Of a stretch of 64,000 nucleotides of DNA, positions 58,069-64,000 are shown piece by piece. Numbering within the stretch: the first letter of the stretch is position 1; the number at the start of each line of letters is the position of its first letter. The DNA comes from Candidatus Micrarchaeota archaeon. GTDB lineage: Archaea; Micrarchaeota; Micrarchaeia; Anstonellales; Bilamarchaeaceae. Position numbers and translations under genes: made by a program. The DNA lies in the NCBI GenBank assembly GCA_043812915.1, contig JBDRLQ010000003.1, positions 32,001 to 96,000 of the forward strand, given 5' to 3'. The notes beneath the pieces were generated by a model. The model had not been told where the DNA came from. It did not search any database and saw nothing but the letters and a program-made list of their open reading frames with translations.

Positions 58069-59031
58069 TTATTCTATCCTTACTTTCCCCCCTTCATGGG
58101 AGATTTTCCTTTCCACAAATTGTGAGATCACTGACGCGTTCGTCCTGAAGTGCTCAGTGATTTCTGATGTTGCGAATGAGGTTTCCCCCTCTGCCAGGGC
58201 AGCGTAGATGAGGATTTGGTCCGCGAGGTGCCTGTCTAGATCCCAAGTTTCCTTTTTCAGCTCATCGATTGCCTCCTGGGCGACAGCTTCAGCGCGCTTT
58301 CCCCTCTCTCCTGGAACGTATGAGCCCCTCAACCCCTGCCAGCAGGTTACAGCGTTTCCAGGGGATAACGCTTCCTCCTCCCTTATCCTGACATCCTCTA
58401 TCTTATTGTTGAGGAATATCTTTTTTTCTCTCATCGCAATTGCGAGCGGGAGGTTTGCAACCCTTATAAGGGCCTTGACGTCCGTCCCTTTGTGCCAGGC
58501 TTTTACGCCTTTGAGGCTGGAGGGTGTAATATCGAACCTGATTCTGCCGCCCCCTTTCGGATAATATCCAGGCTTCAGGAGTTCCGCCTCAACTTCGGCG
58601 CCCATATTCCTTATCGCTGGCAGGAAGACATTCTCGAAATAGTCATAAGAAGGGGATTTGAGGACATGCGTACCCCCGCTAATCGTGATGGAGCTCTTCT
58701 TCTCCGCTTTCAAGAGAATGGGTATTATGGTCTCTGCGACCAGTGTTACCGAGCCGGCGGTCCCGATGTCAAAATCGTACTTTCCGCCCACAATCTTTCC
58801 GGGATTGAATGCAAGCCTCCGGCTCTCGAGTTCGTCCCCCTCAAGCGCTCCCCGGCAGACCTTCCTGACAGCCCTGGCGGCGGTCAGGTGCTGCATCTTC
58901 AGCCCCGGCCTGCCCCTCTTTGCGCGGACATTCACCATCTCAACAGTATTTCCGGTTATTGCAGAGAGGCTGAGCGATGTCCTTATCATCTGCCCTCCGC
59001 CCTCTCCTATCGAGCCATCTATAGTAATCAT
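58069..59031 (-). CDS. rtcA: RNA 3'-terminal phosphate cyclase
   Basis: DGSIGEGGGQ..R, RPGL..QH, GTAGS, GGTH, GYYPKGGG, HLADQ. Confidence 0.95.
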   Translation of the reverse strand: MITIDGSIGEGGGQMIRTSLSLSAITGNTVEMVNVRAKRGRPGLKMQHLTAARAVRKVCRGALEGDELESRRLAFNPGKIVGGKYDFDIGTAGSVTLVAETIIPILLKAEKKSSITISGGTHVLKSPSYDYFENVFLPAIRNMGAEVEAELLKPGYYPKGGGRIRFDITPSSLKGVKAWHKGTDVKALIRVANLPLAIAMREKKIFLNNKIEDVRIREEEALSPGNAVTCWQGLRGSYVPGERGKRAEAVAQEAIDELKKETWDLDRHLADQILIYAALAEGETSFATSEITEHFRTNASVISQFVERKISHEGGKVRIE

Positions 59032-59099
59032 AAGTATCCACAGGAATAGTAAGCGTGAATCATTATAGCGCTAACGCTAGAGAAATGAAGCGTAAGGAG

Positions 59100-59127
59100 A
59101 AAAAGGCCAGCGCATCGCTGCGCTGGC
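59100..59127 (-). terminator. GC hairpin followed by U-tract
   Basis: Perfect 9-bp stem at 59106-59114/59119-59127 with a 4-nt loop, then T5 on the minus strand. Confidence 0.5.
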
Positions 59128-59371
59128 AAGGCGACCAGTTATCCTCCCATGCACTAAAAAAGAGCGTGAGGATTGTAGATGGGTAACAACTACTATATAA
59201 AGCTTTGTGCGATTGTGGCAATTTTTAGTTTTTAATGTTGTTTTCCTCGGATATTTCCAACACTTTGTGTGAATTCACATACTTTTTTTGTAATTTTATT
59301 GTCACTTTGGGTGTTTCTGTGATTCTAGCCCTTGCGATAACTATTTAACCTCATTTTGTTATCAATACTTT

Positions 59372-60037
59372 ATGGTCGGGAACAAGGGGAGCAAAAAACC
59401 CGTTGTGGTCAGTCTTGCTGAGCGCAGGGATGCTGCAAAGGCGGTTCCGTCGCAAGGCAGGAGGCGCGCAATCGGCGGCCTCCTTTCAGCAGAAGCTGGG
59501 GATGTGCCTCTGGGCGCAAGGGATGCCACAGTATACTCATTCAATACCGGAAAAGTAGTGCCGCCAAACAAGGGCAAATCTGGAAATTCCTACCCGTTTG
59601 CCGCCAGTTCAGGCATGTGCGCCGATCTTTTGTCCGAGGCCGTTTCGCACGTTGGCGAGAGGCTGACGAAGTTGCTGGCAGTCCCCCAAGAAATCTACAT
59701 ACGCCAGCAGCAGCCCCCACTCATATCAAATGAGATGGTCCGGGATGCCGCAACAGTCGCAATCTGGCTGGTGCATGGGGGCGCCATTCCATCCAAATTC
59801 CCCTCCTATGGCATCGTTGTTAACTCCCGAGGGGAAAACCAGTTCTGCACCCTTGTGGACATGCGGCGAAAGATTATTGCCTGTGCGTGTGTTAGGACCA
59901 TGCAGGGCGGCCAAGGCCACTGGGATGAATTCGAGACCGCGATAATGCGTGCAGTAACCCTTGCCAGGAAACACCAGCAGGACGGGCGCGATTTCAATTT
60001 CGTTCTGGCTAAGGATAGCTCTCTCAGGACCTACTAA
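59372..60037 (+). CDS. Hypothetical protein
   Basis: 221-aa ORF after TATTTAA. Confidence 0.5.
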   Translation: MVGNKGSKKPVVVSLAERRDAAKAVPSQGRRRAIGGLLSAEAGDVPLGARDATVYSFNTGKVVPPNKGKSGNSYPFAASSGMCADLLSEAVSHVGERLTKLLAVPQEIYIRQQQPPLISNEMVRDAATVAIWLVHGGAIPSKFPSYGIVVNSRGENQFCTLVDMRRKIIACACVRTMQGGQGHWDEFETAIMRAVTLARKHQQDGRDFNFVLAKDSSLRTY

Positions 60038-60077
60038 TTGTGGTTATTTTTTAATGTTTGCGATACATTATACACCC

Positions 60078-60524
60078 ATGAAGTGCAAGGAGGGTTTAGG
60101 CGTTGGCATTTCCAGGAGCTCCGTCGTCCATATATCAAGGGCCCGGAGGCCGCGAAATGGCACCGAGCCGAAAATCGAACCTCCAATGGACGTTCCGCAG
60201 ATGCGCACAGAGCTAGGAGAACATAAAAGGGCTGTGATGGTCGATGCGCACATAGGAGCGCTAATCGAGGCTGGCGACCCTGGGGGCTGGGTTCTCCGGA
60301 AAGTGAACTTTGTCCTTCAGAATGCCGATACTTATTTTACCGACCCTGATGCCCTGGAGCATCTGATTAGGTTCATGGTCGAGAGGGTCCGGGATTATGG
60401 GGCCCATGAGGGCGTGCCTCTGCTAATTATAGCTCATCGGTCTTTCGGGCACCTTGGGCAGGTACGAGACTCTTTGAATGAGGCTATCAGCCGCCTTGGA
60501 ATAGAAGATTTCAGGGATGGCTGA
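60078..60524 (+). CDS. Hypothetical protein
   Basis: 148-aa ORF after an AT-rich spacer. Confidence 0.45.
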   Translation: MKCKEGLGVGISRSSVVHISRARRPRNGTEPKIEPPMDVPQMRTELGEHKRAVMVDAHIGALIEAGDPGGWVLRKVNFVLQNADTYFTDPDALEHLIRFMVERVRDYGAHEGVPLLIIAHRSFGHLGQVRDSLNEAISRLGIEDFRDG

Positions 60525-60527
60525 CCT

Positions 60528-63500
60528 CTATTCTTCACCAAAGAAGCGGGTTCCCATCCCGGTATCCAGGCCGCCGGTTCCTCCGTCGCCTCCGGTTCTT
60601 CCGCTTGCAAGGAATTCCTCGAGCGAGATGGCCCTGCTACCGGCGGGGAACAACTCCTGGAAGCCCACTCCCCTCTCAACGTTTCCACGGCCCGTAATCT
60701 GCAGATAGAATCTCTCAATCATATTCTCAAGCCTACCAACCCTCTCGGCAATTGCCTCAGGGCTGTCCGGGGCAACGCTTCTCCTAAGTAGCCCTCGCCT
60801 CTGGATTTCCGGCCGCGGCCCGAATGCGCTAAGGACGTGCTGGAATCCTCCCCTCCATGTCGCCCCTGCCTCTCGCGAGCCCTCCTCCAGATAAGCATAG
60901 ACCTCTGAGAGCGGCCTTCCGGATTCAATCATGCTTATCATCTCCCTTGCGATTGCTGTTGCTTCAGTATACTGCATATAGCCCGGGTTTCCGTGCGTGG
61001 CAATTGCCATGCCGATGAATCCGCTTGCATCATCAACCAGGTGCTGCAGCTCGTGATTGTACTTGCGCTGCATATGGGATTCGTGCGGCTCTCCGCTCGA
61101 CCTTGGCCTGGATCTTGGGCTCCTGAGCACAATCATGCCGGAGTGCGATGAGAAAAAACCCCCAACGTCCTGGCGCAGTACGCTCGGCTCCCCTGGCAAT
61201 GGGCTGACAAAAATGCCATTGACTCTCTGGCTCTCGCCAGCGCTCATCTCGTGCGATATTCTGTAGATTGCCATCCGCCCATCGAACTCTATCAAAGCCA
61301 GGCCGTGCCTTCCGAGCATCTCGTTTATTGCAGCAACCGCCCTCCCCCGTGATTCGGATTGGCTTGCCATGGCAAGAAGGCGATTGCGGCTCTGTTCGAT
61401 GGAACCTCCAAACATCTCATCCGGCATGGAATTGAGGATGGCGGTCACCATCTCACGCCTGGAGTCTCCTCCGGTACTTTCTCTAATAGGTCTTATTGCC
61501 CCAAGCAGCCTGTCTGCCAGTGCCTGGTCCAAAGTGCCTGAATACTCCCTTATCCTCACCTCGCCGCCAGGCCGCAGAAGCCTCCTGGATAGCTCTGAAA
61601 TAACAATCGGATTGCCATGACCCAGCAAGACATTGTTCAGGTACTCGACCCTTCTCCTTGCGACAACCGGATGGTGCGCCGTTACCTGCCCTTCATGGGA
61701 GCCGAGCATGGCCCAGCTAGCAAAATGCTCGACAGCGCGGGTGAGTACGCTTATTCTCTGAATCCTCTCGAGTGGAGGCATATGCCGATCATTTCTGATT
61801 CTCTCAAGCTCATCTACAAACATACGATTGAATGTCCTGCGCGCCAGTTCCCCATCCTGGTATCCAGTGAAAACGCGCCCTATCGTCTCATCAACATTCC
61901 GGAGCACCTGCATGTCCGCCTGGAGCGTGGCAAGCTGCTCCGGGTCAATGTATCCTCGTTGGACATCATGGTACACCCGGTCATAGAGCTGCCTTGCCAG
62001 AGGGCTGCTCTCAGGAGGCCTCTCCAAAGGAATCCTTGTTAGTGCCTCTTGCCTGAGTTTCCCAACCCTCCTGGAAATCAGTGTTCTCTCTGCATCCAGC
62101 CTTCCTTCCTGGGCATATAACCTTGCCCTGGCCTCAGGGTCGGTCTCCATGCGCCGCTCCCGTTCCAGCCCTATAACCTCCTGCATCAGCGCATCTGCCC
62201 TTGACTGGAGCTCATTAGCGCTTCCATCTGGCATGCGGAATGTGCCGTCATTCTGCAGGGCGGCAATCTCAAGCTCATTTGCCCCATGCCTCAGCTCCCC
62301 TTCTCTTGCCATTGCGATATTTAGCGCAAGCGCATCATCCATACTGACTCCGTTAATTGCATCATCAGCCTCTCCCCTTAGCTGCGCTGCAGCTTCCCTC
62401 ATCGCCTCGCCAATCAGGAGCGCCTCAGCCCTCCTCTGGGCGTTTCCACGTATCCTACTTGCGCTCTGATCCTCATGGATAGGGGCGGGGAAGCGCATCT
62501 CCCTTCTTTCCTGCTCATGCAGCTCCTCAAGCCTGGCGACCATCCTGTCCCTGTACTCCTGAGCGCCCTCCCCTTCCGCGCGCCTTATCCTCGAGACCAC
62601 TTCAGGGTCCTGGCGCATAAGGGAAATCTCTGCCTGCAATCCCTGCTCAGCAAGAGAACGCATCTGCGCACTCAACCCTGCATCCTGGTATACCCCCAGG
62701 CCATGCTCAAGGAAAAGCGCGCCTGCCCTGCGATGAATCCCGTCGGCGTCTTGCCTTGGGGAATGAGTATCAACCCTGAGGGCCGGCTCCTCTGGAGCTG
62801 GTGCGGCAGCCCGCCTGCCATCAAGGACCTCGCGCATGAGCCGGAGCTGCACCCTTCCTTCGGCCCGTTGCCTGATTGCATGCATCCTATCTGAGTGTGA
62901 GCCGCTCCTTACATGCTCGGGGTCGTGCCATCTTGTAACTGCCCTCTCGACAGCCCCCTTCCTCTGCTCAAGGCCGGGGTCTTCCCTCAGCCCCCGCATG
63001 TACTCTTCATCTGAGCGGAAATTCCGGAGCTCGATTTCCTCAATCAGACGTTCTGTTTCCATAAGAAGCCGGTTGTACTCGTCGCTATTGATGCGGCCTG
63101 CCCCGGCCAGCTCCTCAAGCTGCGATACATTTCCGGCAATCTCCCGCTGGATAACCCGGGGGGTTCTGGCTGCACCGCCAGCCTCTTCCACAGGAGCTCT
63201 AGTCCTCGCTTCAATTGCCAAGTCCCTCAGATACTGCGCTTCGGCGCTGCGCTGGCCTGCGATGTTCGCCCGCTCGGCAGGGCTCATCTCAATCATGCCG
63301 GGCCGGGGGTTCATCATCTGCTCTGCCAGCTGCTGCCTCTGCTGCGCAAAAGCTTCAAGCTGCTCCGGCTCAGCGCTGCGGAGCCTCCTCACCAGTTCCT
63401 CGGCCGGAGCGTCCTGGCCAGCCTGAAGGAGCTGGCGCGCAAGCTCTGCCGGCTCCTGTATAATCGCCTGCAAGTCAAGGGCTTCAGCCTCTCGCATCAG

Positions 63501-64000
63501 GCGGCCGAACCTTTCATTGGCGGCGCGGACATCGTCCATGCTGCTCAATCCGCTCTCATACATCCTGTAGGCCTCGGTGCGGAGCCGTCCTGCCTCGGCC
63601 TGCAGCTCGGCTGCGGTGCCCTGGCTGATTCTGGCTTCAGAAACCGGAGGGGTAGCCTGCTCTGGCGATCCCCGATTCCGCTGCTCATAATTTTGGAGGA
63701 ATGTATCAACGCTGAAGGCCTGCATTATCTCCGGCGAAACATCCCTTCCCTGGGCATCTGCCCTCTGACGCTCGACCTGGAGCCTTCCCCTAGCCGCGCG
63801 CATCTCGCTGTAGAAATGTCCGAAAGCGGCAGCGACTTCAGGCGTCATGAAATCCGCGTTGTCTGCTAATGCCTGCCTGGCTTCCTCTCTTTCAGTGTCA
63901 TTGCCGAACGCCATCCGGTGGGCGATATCCGCGACATCCTCAAGGGTGACAACCAGCACCTCGTCAACCTGGGGCGACCCCTGCCTGGCCGAATCGATGC
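60528..64000 (-). CDS. Giant A/E/R-rich helical protein (more than 1150 aa, 5' end outside the window) with C-terminal HExxH metallopeptidase-like domain
   Basis: Frame stays open to the window edge; GGFF..GMIVL..NHELQH..TEATA. Confidence 0.75.
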   Translation of the reverse strand, partial: IDSARQGSPQVDEVLVVTLEDVADIAHRMAFGNDTEREEARQALADNADFMTPEVAAAFGHFYSEMRAARGRLQVERQRADAQGRDVSPEIMQAFSVDTFLQNYEQRNRGSPEQATPPVSEARISQGTAAELQAEAGRLRTEAYRMYESGLSSMDDVRAANERFGRLMREAEALDLQAIIQEPAELARQLLQAGQDAPAEELVRRLRSAEPEQLEAFAQQRQQLAEQMMNPRPGMIEMSPAERANIAGQRSAEAQYLRDLAIEARTRAPVEEAGGAARTPRVIQREIAGNVSQLEELAGAGRINSDEYNRLLMETERLIEEIELRNFRSDEEYMRGLREDPGLEQRKGAVERAVTRWHDPEHVRSGSHSDRMHAIRQRAEGRVQLRLMREVLDGRRAAAPAPEEPALRVDTHSPRQDADGIHRRAGALFLEHGLGVYQDAGLSAQMRSLAEQGLQAEISLMRQDPEVVSRIRRAEGEGAQEYRDRMVARLEELHEQERREMRFPAPIHEDQSASRIRGNAQRRAEALLIGEAMREAAAQLRGEADDAINGVSMDDALALNIAMAREGELRHGANELEIAALQNDGTFRMPDGSANELQSRADALMQEVIGLERERRMETDPEARARLYAQEGRLDAERTLISRRVGKLRQEALTRIPLERPPESSPLARQLYDRVYHDVQRGYIDPEQLATLQADMQVLRNVDETIGRVFTGYQDGELARRTFNRMFVDELERIRNDRHMPPLERIQRISVLTRAVEHFASWAMLGSHEGQVTAHHPVVARRRVEYLNNVLLGHGNPIVISELSRRLLRPGGEVRIREYSGTLDQALADRLLGAIRPIRESTGGDSRREMVTAILNSMPDEMFGGSIEQSRNRLLAMASQSESRGRAVAAINEMLGRHGLALIEFDGRMAIYRISHEMSAGESQRVNGIFVSPLPGEPSVLRQDVGGFFSSHSGMIVLRSPRSRPRSSGEPHESHMQRKYNHELQHLVDDASGFIGMAIATHGNPGYMQYTEATAIAREMISMIESGRPLSEVYAYLEEGSREAGATWRGGFQHVLSAFGPRPEIQRRGLLRRSVAPDSPEAIAERVGRLENMIERFYLQITGRGNVERGVGFQELFPAGSRAISLEEFLASGRTGGDGGTGGLDTGMGTRFFGEE

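Noticed and set aside
60517..60708. 63-aa Pro-rich ORF as an immunity gene
   Set aside because: It is almost wholly antisense to the giant gene's 3' end and is low complexity.
1..64000. CRISPR array, cas genes, transposases, rRNA
   Set aside because: No repeat-spacer periodicity or diagnostic motifs seen by eye.

Overview
Gene-dense archaeal chromosome segment, read in the standard code. It is most likely from a DPANN archaeon, probably Micrarchaeota; this is inferred from gene content, such as the tandem Lrp, and was not tested phylogenetically. Most of the window is housekeeping: the exosome superoperon (SBDS, Rrp4/41/42, eL43, Rpo12, Brix, Pcc1, prefoldin beta, DHH), Csl4-RpoL, uS15, eS1, NAC, Elp3, HerA, LonB, PurA, RtcA and tRNA-Ser(TGA). 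The main candidate for an undescribed system lies at 14.1-30.3 kb. It is a translationally coupled operon of six paralogous polytopic membrane proteins (CedA/VirB6-like by motif) plus a 1326-aa Cys-rich lipoprotein. The operon shares one symmetric TATA box with a divergent 1566-aa membrane-anchored protein, which suggests a cell-contact, secretion or DNA-transfer machine. A second candidate at 44.1-48.0 kb pairs a nucleoside hydrolase and a PRTase with an Lrp regulator and a beta-barrel-like protein ending in Phe. Also noted: a Cys-free Rpo12, degenerate LarE and EndA homologues, a candidate small RNA upstream of rtcA, and a truncated giant protein with a C-terminal HExxH domain. All family calls come from motif recognition; no searches were run.
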